Below, in pieces: positions 51,575 through 61,724 of a stretch of 64,000 nucleotides of DNA. The position numbers were made by a program, and so were the translations under genes. The stretch is from positions 928,001 through 992,000 of the forward strand of contig CAXXWS020000003.1 of assembly GCA_963665325.3 (NCBI GenBank), in the 5' to 3' direction. The stretch comes from Alphaproteobacteria bacterium (GTDB lineage: Bacteria > Pseudomonadota > Alphaproteobacteria > Bin95). The notes under the pieces were generated by a model. It saw only the letters and a program-made list of their open reading frames with translations, did not search any database and had not been told where the DNA came from. Each line of letters starts with the position of its first letter. Positions within the stretch are counted from its first letter, which is position 1.

Positions 51575-52099
51575 TGCGAGCCCCCAGCGATGTTGCCAAC
51601 CGGAATGCGCGCCGGAACCATAAACGAGCGGGTTCTCCGCTCCAACCCATGGGGCCCACTCCATGTGCGTGTCATGAAATGTCATGTTTTGTCATGCTCC
51701 GCCATTGCGGAGGCCTTTCCTCCATCGCGTTTCGTTCCGTCCGCGCACCCCCCGTCCTCCAGGCCGGGGCGCGGACCCTGTTTCGCGCGTATCGCCTGCC
51801 CGCGCCCGCCCGTGTCAGCGCCGGCGCGGTTCGCGCGCCTGATTGCGCCCGCGCGAGGCAGACGCGGGGCGCACCTTTCCCGTGCGTTTCTTCGGGGTTT
51901 TTCCGCGCCGGCGCGAAAGGGAAGGAACCGGCCCCGCGGATGCCGCTTCTTCCTGCCCCATCATAGCACATTTTCTCAGTAGTCAAGTCTCAATCGGGAA
52001 TTATTTCTCTATTTCCGAATGAATCGTGTCTTCCGGCCGGAAACCGGACGCCGCCGAGGTGGATGGGTTCATCCGGCAGCCCCTGGCTCCGACGCGCCC

Positions 52100-52486
52100 T
52101 CAGGGCTCCTCCACCCTGACAGGCGCATCCCCCGCCGCCTCGATGAAGTGCCGGTCGAAAGTCAGCATGGCCTCGCAGCCGGCGGCAGCGCCGAGATGCA
52201 GCGCATCGGCGAAGTCCATGCCCTCTTCCGCCCGGGCGAGGGCTTCAGCCAGCAGGGAGGGGTTTTCCACCGAGACCCCCGGCAATCCCGCAAAGCTCCG
52301 GAGGGCTACCGCCACCTCCTTTCCGGTAAAGCCGTAAACGCTGCGCAGTACCCATTCACTTTCGAGCAGGACGGTCGTGCCCGCGAAAATACCCCCTGCG
52401 TCCACTGCCGCCCGCGCCCTTGCGGCCTGCCCCGGATCGTCGCCGATCAGGTAGCGGACCACGATATTGGTATCAACCGCCCGCAT
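52100..52486 (-). CDS. vapC: VapC PIN toxin
   Basis: AVDTNIVVRYL, LESEWVL, DFADALH, TFD. Confidence 0.9.
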   Translation of the reverse strand: MRAVDTNIVVRYLIGDDPGQAARARAAVDAGGIFAGTTVLLESEWVLRSVYGFTGKEVAVALRSFAGLPGVSVENPSLLAEALARAEEGMDFADALHLGAAAGCEAMLTFDRHFIEAAGDAPVRVEEP

Positions 52487-52748
52487 GGCGCCGCTTCGCT
52501 TCCGCGAGCACCCCCGCTTCCATCTCCTCCAGAGACCTGGGCGGACCGTCGTAGGCAAGACAACCGAACACATCCTCGGGCCGGGTTTCGGCGAATGCCG
52601 GCGCGGGCCTCAGCACCACGCCGCCGGGCGTGTCCTCCACGACCAGCTGCGTACCGGCCTCCCACCCCAGCTTCCTGCGAATCGCGCTCGGCAGAACCAC
52701 CTGGCCCTTTGTCGAGACGGTAGCGGTGAGCCGTTCCTGCACCGGCAT
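52473..52748 (-). CDS. AbrB/MazE-type antitoxin
   Basis: VSTKGQVVLPSAIRRKLGW. Confidence 0.9.
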   Translation of the reverse strand: MPVQERLTATVSTKGQVVLPSAIRRKLGWEAGTQLVVEDTPGGVVLRPAPAFAETRPEDVFGCLAYDGPPRSLEEMEAGVLAEAKRRHAGG

Positions 52749-52875
52749 CGATGTCCCTCCTACAGCAGCTTGAGGTAAGACAAAAGTAAGATACTCACAT
52801 TGGGCTCCGGGGCCAAGAGCAAAACCCGAAGCATCCCCAAGACTTCAGTGAAAGGTCGGCGCGACGGCCGTACTG

Positions 52876-53823
52876 CTACTCCGCCGCCAGATCCTTCTGG
52901 TCGTCCGCGTTGTAGTTGGCGTCGTACCACCAGGCGAGGTGGTCCTCGTAGATGACGGGGGGCCATCGGGGCGGGTTGTCGGGGCCGATGCAGGTGGGGG
53001 CGCAACAGATTTCGGCGTCGAGATTGGGGCCGAAGAAGTAGGGGATGGCGTAGCGGTGGCGGTCCAGCGGCGGCTGGGCGCGGTGCGGGGTGGACTGGTA
53101 GCGCCCGTTGGTCCAGCGGTGCAGCATGTCGCCCGTGTTGACGACGAAGCTGTCCTCGACGAAGGGCACATCTTCCCAGTCCCCGCCTTCCGGGCGGATC
53201 TGCAGGCCCGGCACGTCGGACTGGGCGAGGAAGGTCAGGAAATTAGTGTCGGTATGCGGCGCGATGCCGTAGCGGCCGGGTTCGCGCTCCGCCGGCGGGT
53301 AGTGCGAGAGCCGGAACGAGAACTGGCTGCGGGTGAAATGGGGGTCGAACCAGTCCTCCGGCAGGCCGAGAGAGAGCGAGAGCGCCGGCAGCACGCTCAG
53401 CGCCAGCCGGTCCACCGTCTCGCAATAGTCGAGCACCGTCTCGCGGAAGCCCGGCAGGGTCTCCGGCCAGCGGTTGGGCCCGGCGAAGCGCCGCCCCGCC
53501 AGCGGGTCGTCGGCCCCGCGCTCGCGCTTGATGAAGAAGGCCTCGTTCATGTCGGGCTTGGCTTCGGCCTCGCTTACGCGCGAGGTGCGCACATTGTAGC
53601 GGGCCATCGCCATGTAGCCGTTATTGTGCTCGTTCATCAGCACGGCATGCTTGGCAGTCTCGGGCTGGGCGTGGAAGCGCTCGGCCTCCGCGAACATGGC
53701 CCCTATCTTCTCCTGCGGCACGCCGTGGTTCACGACGATGAAGAAGCCGACATGCTCCAGCGTGGCGGCGAGAGCTTCCGCCACGTCTTCCCGGCTCCGG
53801 GAAAGGTCGATCAACGGGATCAT
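52876..53823 (-). CDS. 2OG-Fe(II) dioxygenase, isopenicillin N synthase family
   Basis: IPLIDLS, GFFIVVNHGV, PHTD, STPHR, RYAIPYF. Confidence 0.9.
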   Translation of the reverse strand: MIPLIDLSRSREDVAEALAATLEHVGFFIVVNHGVPQEKIGAMFAEAERFHAQPETAKHAVLMNEHNNGYMAMARYNVRTSRVSEAEAKPDMNEAFFIKRERGADDPLAGRRFAGPNRWPETLPGFRETVLDYCETVDRLALSVLPALSLSLGLPEDWFDPHFTRSQFSFRLSHYPPAEREPGRYGIAPHTDTNFLTFLAQSDVPGLQIRPEGGDWEDVPFVEDSFVVNTGDMLHRWTNGRYQSTPHRAQPPLDRHRYAIPYFFGPNLDAEICCAPTCIGPDNPPRWPPVIYEDHLAWWYDANYNADDQKDLAAE

Positions 53824-53848
53824 GGGCCTGTCTCCTTCCGTCGTCCTA

Positions 53849-54187
53849 GCCCGCATTTCTCACCAGGGTCACGGCCATCGTCGCTGTCCAGGCGTTCGCC
53901 CCGCAAGGAGTTGGGCCGAAAAGCGTAGCACAGCCTACGGTTGAGGCCCACGACGCCGCGCGCAACGCGGCAGTTTGTTTGGAGGGCGGCGTTTACGCCG
54001 CCGCGGGCGGGCGCCTGGGCGCGACCCGAAGGGCGGCGCTGTCGGGCCGGCAGGGTGCGTCCAGCCGCTTGCCCGATGCCCCGCTCCGTGCGCCCGCGCG
54101 CGTCAACGCACGATGCGCTGCGCGTCTCTCCTACCCTGCCGGCCCGACAGCGCCGCGCAGACCATGACCCTGGTGAGAAATGCGGGC
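53849..54187. mobile_element. MITE copy 2 (longer variant)
   Basis: Same TIRs and internal sequence as 48126-48391 plus internal insertions; flanked by TA. Confidence 0.85.
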
Positions 54188-55578
54188 TAGCCGGCGACCA
54201 CCGGCTCTACCGCCTCCAGCAGCCAGCGGGCGAAGCCGGTCATGCGAGCATCCGCGCCCTGCCCGCCCATCACCTGCGCCCCGACCGGCAGTCCGCCGAC
54301 CGCCATCAGCGGCATGGAGACCGCCGGCGCGAACAGGATCGAGGCGGGCGTGTTGAACACCGCATTGCCCGTCGGCCGCGCCAGGGGCGGCTCGCCCGGC
54401 CGGTCGCCCGACCAGACATGCGCCGGGCCGGGACAGCTTAGCATGAGCGCGCCATCCACGGTTTCGAGCGCGCGGGCCCACGCCGCCTGCGCCGCCTCGC
54501 GCCCGGCCAGCGCCGCGTGGTAGTCGGCGACGGTCATGGCCTCGGCGCGTTCCAGCGTGTCGCGGGCGCGGAAGCTGATCGCGTCCGGCCCCTGGTCCGC
54601 CAGCGAACGGTAAAGCCAACGGCCCTCCCAGCCGATGACGGCGTAACAGATCGCGGAGGCCCCCATGAGCTCGGCGTCGAGCGCCGCCAGCGTCGGGTCG
54701 TCCGCCGGACGCAGCACCGTCACGCCCGCCGCTTCCACGGCTTCCAGCAGGCGCCCGAACGCCTCCTTCGTGGCGTCGTCGATCATGGACCAGCCCGCGC
54801 CCTCGATGGCGAGGAGGCGGCGCGGTTTCTCCGGCGGCGGCGGGTCCGCCGGGCCGGCGAGGCCGCGATGGCCGGGGTCGCCACCGGCGCGCTTCGCGAT
54901 CTCGGCCGCCATCCGCCACATGTCCTCGACGGCGTTGGCGTGGATGCCGTTGACGCTCTGGCTGCTGGCCTGGCGCTCGCCCCGGTTGATCGCGCCCTTG
55001 CTGGGCTTCAGGGCGATATTGCCGCAATAGCCCGCCGGGCGGACGATGGAGCCGCCGACCTGGCTGCCGATGGCCGCCGGCAGCATCCCCGCCGCCACAG
55101 CCGCCGCCGAGCCGGAGGAGGAGCCGCCGGGCGTGCGCGCCGGGTCGAACGGGTTGGTGGTCGGGCCTGGATGCGCCCCGCCGAGCTCCGAGGTCACGGT
55201 CTTGGCGAGCACGACCGCGCCGGCCTCGCGGAGTGCTGCGACCGCCGCATTGTCGCGCTTCGGGAAATTGCCCCGAAAGGCTTCGCAGCCCATCTCCGTC
55301 GGCATGGTCCGCGTTTCCAGCAGGTCCTTGATGCCGACCGGCATCCCGTCGATGGGCGAGAGCGGCCGGCCCGCCCGCCAACGGTCGGCGCTGGCGTCCG
55401 CCGCCTGCCGCGAACCCTCGATATCGGTCGCAACGAGCGCCCGCAAGACCGGCTCCCGCGCCTCGATAACCTCGAGGCAACGCTCCAGGTAAGCGCGCGG
55501 CGTGTCGCTGCCCTCACGGAAGGCTGGCAGCGCATCGTGGAAGGTGAGGCTCCGGAAAGTCCTGGGATCGTATCGCAT
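54187..55578 (-). CDS. Amidase signature family protein
   Basis: GIKD, GGSSSGSAAAV, GSQVGGSIVRPAGYCG. Confidence 0.9.
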   Translation of the reverse strand: MRYDPRTFRSLTFHDALPAFREGSDTPRAYLERCLEVIEAREPVLRALVATDIEGSRQAADASADRWRAGRPLSPIDGMPVGIKDLLETRTMPTEMGCEAFRGNFPKRDNAAVAALREAGAVVLAKTVTSELGGAHPGPTTNPFDPARTPGGSSSGSAAAVAAGMLPAAIGSQVGGSIVRPAGYCGNIALKPSKGAINRGERQASSQSVNGIHANAVEDMWRMAAEIAKRAGGDPGHRGLAGPADPPPPEKPRRLLAIEGAGWSMIDDATKEAFGRLLEAVEAAGVTVLRPADDPTLAALDAELMGASAICYAVIGWEGRWLYRSLADQGPDAISFRARDTLERAEAMTVADYHAALAGREAAQAAWARALETVDGALMLSCPGPAHVWSGDRPGEPPLARPTGNAVFNTPASILFAPAVSMPLMAVGGLPVGAQVMGGQGADARMTGFARWLLEAVEPVVAG

Positions 55579-55728
55579 GGCGCGAGCCTAGCCCGGTTGT
55601 CTCTCCGTTGTCATGTCTTGCGCCTTCGGCATGCCGCATGTAGCCGCAGTATATTCTTTACCACTTGGCCTAAAGTAAAGAATCGAATAAAGTCCTCCCG
55701 GAGCAGCCATGAGAGGAAACTCAACGCC

Positions 55729-55956
55729 ATGCCCCGCGTGAGCGCGAAACGCCAGATTACGCTACCTGTCGATCAATGCAGGGAAGTCGGGATCGGGCCG
55801 GGTGACGAGTACCGCAGCTATGTCGCCGACGGACGCATCACCATCGTGCGGAAATCCTCCGGCGCGGCCAGAGGAATCCTGCGGCATATAGCCGGCGATC
55901 CCACCGTCAGCGACGAGGAGTCCCTGGAGGACGCGCTTGACGAGTCGGTGTCTTGA
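55729..55956 (+). CDS. AbrB/MazE-type antitoxin
   Basis: VSAKRQITLP...GIGPGD; overlaps vapC. Confidence 0.85.
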   Translation: MPRVSAKRQITLPVDQCREVGIGPGDEYRSYVADGRITIVRKSSGAARGILRHIAGDPTVSDEESLEDALDESVS

Positions 55957-56387
55957 TTGCGGTCGATACCAACGTCCTGCTCCGCTATCTGCTGTATGAC
56001 GACGAGGCTCAGGCGGCGCGCGCAGACGCCCTCTTCGACGATGGCGAGGCAGTCCTGATTACGGATGTCGTGCTCGCAGAAACCGTGTGGACGCTCTCCG
56101 GCCCCAAATACCGGCTGGGCAGGGCTGAGTTAGCGGTCGTCCTCGAACGGCTGTTCGGCGAGCCGAATATCCGCTTCGAGGACGACCAAGTCGTGTGGCG
56201 CGCCCTGCAAGCCTGGAAAAACGCACCGCCGACGGCCGAAGCCGGGCGATCGAAGCGCGCCGGGTTCGCCGATGCCCTGATCGTGTTCAAGGCGGTGCAG
56301 GCTGCCTCGGACGCCAGCGAGGCGATGAAAGGCGTCTACACCTTCGACGAGGCCATGCAAAACCTGCCCCACACCGCGCCGCCCTGA
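55953..56387 (+). CDS. vapC: VapC PIN toxin
   Basis: IAVDTNVLLRYL, AETVW, GFADALI, YTFD. Confidence 0.9.
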   Translation: MIAVDTNVLLRYLLYDDEAQAARADALFDDGEAVLITDVVLAETVWTLSGPKYRLGRAELAVVLERLFGEPNIRFEDDQVVWRALQAWKNAPPTAEAGRSKRAGFADALIVFKAVQAASDASEAMKGVYTFDEAMQNLPHTAPP

Positions 56388-56535
56388 CGGCAGCCGGACG
56401 AAGGACGTCGTCCGGGGCGAGCGTCTTCGTCTTCCCGCTGCCGCATGGCGCGCCGACCCCTTTATCGCGGATACCCATGCCGCTAGGGTTCCGCCTCATT
56501 CGGCGCGTCGCACCCTTCCGGATGGAGGACACGCC

Positions 56536-57702
56536 ATGCCGCGTTTCTGGACGGCCTGCCTTGCGCTCCTTCTGGCCCCGCTCGCTGCGGCCGACGCAAA
56601 GGAGCTGAAGCCGAAGCTCGGCGATATCGGCGGGGCCTTCTATGCCGAGGTGTCGGAGAGCCGCGACGTCTGCCGGAGCGCAGTCGAGGGCAGGGTCGTC
56701 CTCTGCGGCCTGAACACGAAATTCGAAGACGATGCGGAAAACCGCGAACATGCCCGCTGCCTGCCGGTCTTCGAATGGCAGGCCGAGAGTTGCGCCGCGC
56801 ACTTCCGCCGTGAGGCCCGCAAGTGCGACGGCACCGGCCCGGCGCGCATCGAGGGCTTCACCCGCTTCGGCTGCACGGTGGCGGCGGAGGCCGGGGAGGA
56901 AAGCGGCGAGCCTGCCGTGGCGCCGGTCGACCGGGCGATGCAGGCGCGAATGCGGACCGGTATCCGCAGCGGGCCCGGACCCGGCCATGCCAGGATCGGG
57001 GTGCTGGAAGCGGGCCGGGAGGTGCGGGTCACGGGCGAAGCCGGGGCGTGGCTCAGGATCGAGGCGCCGGACGGCGGCGCGGCCTTCGTTCACGCCTCGC
57101 GGCTCGTCCCGCCCGCTCCCCGGGACCCGGCCGCCGACCTCGCGCCGAAATGTGTGGCCATGAGCCCGGGCGCCGCTTGCTGGCAGGAACTGGCCGACCG
57201 GAAGAGCTGCCGCTTCTGGTACGACTACTACAATCCCGGGGTAAGCTGGACCTGGTCGGGCCTGTGCCGGGCCGGCGTTACCGACGGGCGGGGCGTGCTG
57301 GCGGCAACCTGGGCCGGCGGGTCCGCAGAGCTCTTCGGCGCGTTCGACGGCGGCAGGATGCAGGGCCTGTGGATCGCCCGCTACGCCGGCGGCAGGCTCG
57401 AACAGGGCCATTACGTGAACGGCAGCAGGCACGGCCGATGGGTGGACCGCTATGCAAGCGGCAGGGTCGGCAAAGGCTCCTATGCGAACGGAAGGAAGCA
57501 CGGCCGGTGGGTGGACCGCTACGCCAGCGGCAACAGCCTCGAATACGAGTACCGGGACGGCTCGTTGGACGGGCAGCCGGGGGTCTATATCACCGGGGAC
57601 GGAGAACGCCACCCGGGGCGCTGGTCCGGCAATTGCTTCCTGGACGGCCAGGGCCGGCTGCTGATTTGGCGCGGCGACAGGGAGACATGCCCGCCCGGAT
57701 AG
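56536..57702 (+). CDS. Secreted Cys-rich protein with SH3-like domain and MORN-like repeats
   Basis: Signal peptide; IRSGPG...WLRI...AFVH (SH3b); repeated HGRWVDRYASG. Confidence 0.7.
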   Translation: MPRFWTACLALLLAPLAAADAKELKPKLGDIGGAFYAEVSESRDVCRSAVEGRVVLCGLNTKFEDDAENREHARCLPVFEWQAESCAAHFRREARKCDGTGPARIEGFTRFGCTVAAEAGEESGEPAVAPVDRAMQARMRTGIRSGPGPGHARIGVLEAGREVRVTGEAGAWLRIEAPDGGAAFVHASRLVPPAPRDPAADLAPKCVAMSPGAACWQELADRKSCRFWYDYYNPGVSWTWSGLCRAGVTDGRGVLAATWAGGSAELFGAFDGGRMQGLWIARYAGGRLEQGHYVNGSRHGRWVDRYASGRVGKGSYANGRKHGRWVDRYASGNSLEYEYRDGSLDGQPGVYITGDGERHPGRWSGNCFLDGQGRLLIWRGDRETCPPG

Positions 57703-57808
57703 TGGAGGACAACAAACCTTGCCCCCGCTTGCGAGCCCGGAGGCCACGCCTTGATTGGCAGGGACGGAAATGCCATGCCTTGCGGCAGTGCAAGCAGCGG
57801 GTGGCGGG

Positions 57809-59116
57809 ATGGCGGAATATCTGAAACGGGGCCGCACGGCGGCCGAGCGCGCGGAGGCGGATGCGAAGGTGCGCGCGGCCGTCGAGGGGATACTCGACGA
57901 CATCGGCGCCCGCGGCGACGAGGCGGTCCGCGCGCTCTCGGAGAAGTTCGACAACTGGTCGCCGGAAAGCTTCAGGCTGTCGGAGCAGGAGATCGAGCGG
58001 GCGCTCTCGCAGGTGGCGAAGCGCGACCTCGACGATATCCGCTTCGCTCAAGCCCAGGTGCGCGGCTTCGCGGAGCACCAGCGCGCCGCGCTCCGGGACA
58101 TAGAGGTCGAGACCTTGCCAGGCGTCGTGCTCGGGCACAGGAACATCCCGGTGAACTCGGTCGGCTGCTATGCGCCCGGCGGCAAATATCCCATCGTCGC
58201 CTCCGTGCATATGAGCGTCGTCACCGCCAAGGCCGCGGGCGTGCCGCGCATCGTGGCGGCGGCCCCGCCAGCAGCGGACGGGCCGCACGCGGCCATGGTC
58301 GCCGCAATGCATATGGGCGGGGCGGACGAAATCCTGGTGCTGGGCGGCGTGCAGGCGGTAGGCGCGATGGCGCTCGGCACGGAGACAATCTCGCCGGTGG
58401 ACATGCTGGTCGGCCCCGGCAACGCTTTCGTCGCCGAGGCCAAGCGCCAGCTCTTCGGGCGCGTCGGCATCGACCTGCTGGCAGGCCCGACGGAGACGCT
58501 GCTGATCGTCGACGAGACGGTGGACGCCGAACTCTGCGCCACTGACCTGCTGGGCCAGGCCGAACACGGGCCCGACAGCCCGGCCATTCTGGTGACGAAC
58601 TCGCGCGCGCTGGCCGAAGCCACCATGGCCGAGGTCGAGCGGCTGCTGACGATCCTGCCGACCGCTGCCAATGCGGGCGCCGCATGGCGCGACTATGGCG
58701 AAGTGATCCTCTGCGCCGGCCATGACGAGATGCTGGCCGAGGCGGAGCGCATCGCGTCGGAGCATGTGCAGGTGATGACCGACCGGGACGAGTGGTATCT
58801 GGAGAACATGACCAGCTACGGCGCGCTGTTCCTCGGGTTCCGCACCAATGTCTCCTATGGCGACAAGGTCATCGGGACCAACCACACGCTGCCGACCCGC
58901 CGCGCAGCGCGCTACACGGGCGGCCTCTGGGTCGGCAAGTTCATCAAGACGCACACCTACCAGCGCATCCTGACGGACGAGGCTTCCGCCCGGCTCGGCG
59001 AGGTCTGCTCGCGGCTCTGCATGCTGGAGGGCTTCGTCGGCCATGCCGAGCAGGCCAATATCCGCGTGCGCCGCCTCGGCGGCCGCAACATCCCCTACGG
59101 CGCGGCGGCGGAATGA
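57809..59116 (+). CDS. HisD-family dehydrogenase paralog (HpsN-like)
   Basis: [39 protein letters not shown]; not in a his operon. Confidence 0.85.
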   Translation: MAEYLKRGRTAAERAEADAKVRAAVEGILDDIGARGDEAVRALSEKFDNWSPESFRLSEQEIERALSQVAKRDLDDIRFAQAQVRGFAEHQRAALRDIEVETLPGVVLGHRNIPVNSVGCYAPGGKYPIVASVHMSVVTAKAAGVPRIVAAAPPAADGPHAAMVAAMHMGGADEILVLGGVQAVGAMALGTETISPVDMLVGPGNAFVAEAKRQLFGRVGIDLLAGPTETLLIVDETVDAELCATDLLGQAEHGPDSPAILVTNSRALAEATMAEVERLLTILPTAANAGAAWRDYGEVILCAGHDEMLAEAERIASEHVQVMTDRDEWYLENMTSYGALFLGFRTNVSYGDKVIGTNHTLPTRRAARYTGGLWVGKFIKTHTYQRILTDEASARLGEVCSRLCMLEGFVGHAEQANIRVRRLGGRNIPYGAAAE

Positions 59117-60177
59117 CGGCCCTGCCCGCCGGCGCGATCGATTGCGACCTGCATCCGGCGCCGCCCTCTGTCTCGGCGCTAATGCCCTATCTGGAGCCGC
59201 ACTGGGCGGATGCGGCAGGGCATCGGGGGCTGCACGAGCTGGAGACCATCGCCTGGCCGCCCAATGCGCCGCTCTCCTGCCGGCCGGACTGGCGGGACGG
59301 GGAGGCGAAGCCCGGCAGCAATCCTGCACGCCTTGTTCGGGACGCGGTGGACGGCTTCGGTACCCGCTTCGCCATCCTCAACTGCCTCTACGGCGCGCCG
59401 ATGCTCTATTCCGAGGACATGGCTGCCGGCTTCTGCCGCGCGCTGAACGACTGGCTGAAGGCGGAATGGCTGGACCGCGACCCGCGCCTGCGCGCCTCCA
59501 TCCTCGTGCCGCCCCACGCGCCGGACCTTGCGGCAGAGGAAATCGAGCGCATGGCGGAAGACCGGCGCTTCGTGCAGGTGCTGCTGCCCGTCATGGGCGA
59601 GACGCCGCCCGGCCGGCGGGTCAACTGGCCGGTCTATGCCGCGGCCGAGCGGGCGGGCCTGCCGGTCGCCTTCCATGCCGGCTCCGCCTACCGCCACCCG
59701 CCGACGCCGGTCGGCTGGCCCTCCTATCTCGCCGAGGACTACGCCTCGCAGGCGACCGCCTTCCAGTCCGCGCTCACCAGCCTCATAACCGAGGGCGTGT
59801 TCCGGAAGTTCCCGGAGCTGACCGTCGTGTTCGCGGAATCGGGCGTCGCCTGGCTGCCGGCGCATCTCTGGCGGCTCACCAAATACTGGCGGGGCCTGCG
59901 CATGGAGATTCCGTGGGTGGACCGGAGCCCGGAGGAGATCGTGCGCGAGCGCGTGCGCCTGACCGTCCAGCCTTTCGACGCGCCGGAGGAGGCGGTGGCC
60001 CGCCTGCTCGAGCATCTGGGTTCCGACGACATGCTCCTGTTCGCCACCGACTACCCGCACTGGCAGTTCGACGGCATGGGCGCCCTGCCCGAAGGCTTGC
60101 CAGCCGAGCTGGTTCAGCGTATCGCAGTGGATAATCCGCTCGCTGTCTATACGCGCCTTGGGGAGGGAGAACCATGA
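59113..60177 (+). CDS. Amidohydrolase_2-fold protein (subunit 1 of a putative dinuclear oxygenase)
   Basis: [26 protein letters not shown]. Confidence 0.8.
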   Translation: MTALPAGAIDCDLHPAPPSVSALMPYLEPHWADAAGHRGLHELETIAWPPNAPLSCRPDWRDGEAKPGSNPARLVRDAVDGFGTRFAILNCLYGAPMLYSEDMAAGFCRALNDWLKAEWLDRDPRLRASILVPPHAPDLAAEEIERMAEDRRFVQVLLPVMGETPPGRRVNWPVYAAAERAGLPVAFHAGSAYRHPPTPVGWPSYLAEDYASQATAFQSALTSLITEGVFRKFPELTVVFAESGVAWLPAHLWRLTKYWRGLRMEIPWVDRSPEEIVRERVRLTVQPFDAPEEAVARLLEHLGSDDMLLFATDYPHWQFDGMGALPEGLPAELVQRIAVDNPLAVYTRLGEGEP

Positions 60178-61292
60178 CGGCAAAGGTCCTGGAACGCCCG
60201 TCGGGGGAGGCGCCGGCCGAAGCCGCGCTCCGGATCGCCGACTGCGACATCCATCCGAGCCCGAAATCGCTCGAGCGCGAGATCTACCCCTTCCTGGAGA
60301 AGCGCTGGCAGCGCCATCTGGAGCGCTACGGCGCGCGGCCCCGCCAGCCTTTCCTCAACGGCCCGGCCTATCCGAAGGGCCAGCCCGACGCCGCCCGGCG
60401 CGACGCCTATCCGCCCGCCGGCGGCCGCCCCGGCAGCGACCTTGCTTTCATGCGCGAGCAGCATCTCGACCCGCACGATATCGGCTTCGGCGTGCTGAAC
60501 CCGCTCAAGTCCGGCCAGGGCCTGCAGAACCTCGATTTCGCCGATGCCTATTGCCGCGCGATCAACGACTGGCAGATCGCGTTGTGGACCCGGGAGGAAC
60601 CCCGGCTCAAGGCCTCCATCGTGGTCCCCTACGAGGATGCGGCCGCGTCGGTCAGCGAGATCGAACGCTGCGCCGGCGAGGAGGACTATGTCCAGGTCTT
60701 CATGTTGAACCGCACGGCCGAGCCGATGGGCCAGCGCCGCTACTGGCCGATCTACGACGCCACGGCCGCGGCCGGGCTCCCCCTGGCAGTCCATGCCTTC
60801 GGCTTCGGCGGCGCGCCGATCAGCGGCAGCGGCTGGCCCTCCTACTATATCGAGGACATGACCGGCCACGCCCAGTCCAGCCAGGCGGTGCTGACCAGCA
60901 TGATCTTCGAGGGCGTGTTCGACCGGCTGCCAGACCTCAGGATGGTGCTGATCGAGAGCGGCTTCGCCTGGCTGCCGGCGCTTTGCTGGCGGCTCGACCG
61001 GGTGTGGATGCGGATGCGGGACGAGCTCCACCGCTGCAAGCGCCGGCCGAGCGAGATCGTGCGCGAGCAGGTGTTCCTCACCACCCAGCCGATGGAGGAG
61101 CCGCGCAACCCCCGCCAGCTCGTCGAGTGCATCGATTGGATCGGCTGGGACAGGCTCCTGTTCGCGACCGACTACCCGCACTGGGACTTCGACCGGCCGG
61201 ACCGGGTGCTGCCGTCCTGGGTGGACGCGGAAAAGCGCCGGGCTTTCTTCACGGACAACGCGCTCAGGGTGTACGGCCGGCAGATGCCGTGA
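60174..61292 (+). CDS. Amidohydrolase_2-fold protein (subunit 2 of a putative dinuclear oxygenase)
   Basis: ADCDIHP, AVHAFG, IESG, ATDYPHWDFD. Confidence 0.8.
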   Translation: MTAKVLERPSGEAPAEAALRIADCDIHPSPKSLEREIYPFLEKRWQRHLERYGARPRQPFLNGPAYPKGQPDAARRDAYPPAGGRPGSDLAFMREQHLDPHDIGFGVLNPLKSGQGLQNLDFADAYCRAINDWQIALWTREEPRLKASIVVPYEDAAASVSEIERCAGEEDYVQVFMLNRTAEPMGQRRYWPIYDATAAAGLPLAVHAFGFGGAPISGSGWPSYYIEDMTGHAQSSQAVLTSMIFEGVFDRLPDLRMVLIESGFAWLPALCWRLDRVWMRMRDELHRCKRRPSEIVREQVFLTTQPMEEPRNPRQLVECIDWIGWDRLLFATDYPHWDFDRPDRVLPSWVDAEKRRAFFTDNALRVYGRQMP

Positions 61293-61687
61293 CCCGCCAT
61301 GTTGTCGGTCCCGTCGCCGGGTTCCCGCCGGGCACGCGCCGCTGCGTCGTGCTGGAGGGGCGGCGGATCGCGCTGTTCAATGTCGGCGGGCGCTATTTCG
61401 GCCTGCTGGACCGCTGCCCGCACCAGGGCGGCCCGCTCTCCGAAGGGGTGCTGACCGGCCTCGTCGAGGCGGGCGCGCCCGGCGACTACAGCTTCTCGCG
61501 ACCGGGCGAAATCCTGCGCTGCCCCTGGCACGGTTGGGAGTTCGACCTCGCCACCGGCGAAAGCCGCTTCGACCCCCGCCGCCACCGAACCCGCGCCTAC
61601 CGCGTCACCGCCGCCCCGGGCGAGGAGCTCAAGGCCGAAACCGTGCCGGTCCGCATCGAGGAGGACTACGTGGTCGTGGAGACGTGA
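61289..61687 (+). CDS. Rieske [2Fe-2S] ferredoxin
   Basis: DRCPHQGGPL...RCPWHGWEFDL; GTG start overlaps the upstream stop. Confidence 0.9.
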   Translation: MTRHVVGPVAGFPPGTRRCVVLEGRRIALFNVGGRYFGLLDRCPHQGGPLSEGVLTGLVEAGAPGDYSFSRPGEILRCPWHGWEFDLATGESRFDPRRHRTRAYRVTAAPGEELKAETVPVRIEEDYVVVET

Positions 61688-61724
61688 GGCGGGGCGGCCG
61701 TAATCCTCGAACCTGCCGACTGCC

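Noticed and set aside
57809-59116. Calling this gene hisD or hpsN outright
   Set aside because: Neither his genes nor hpsOP/KLM are adjacent, so the substrate cannot be assigned.
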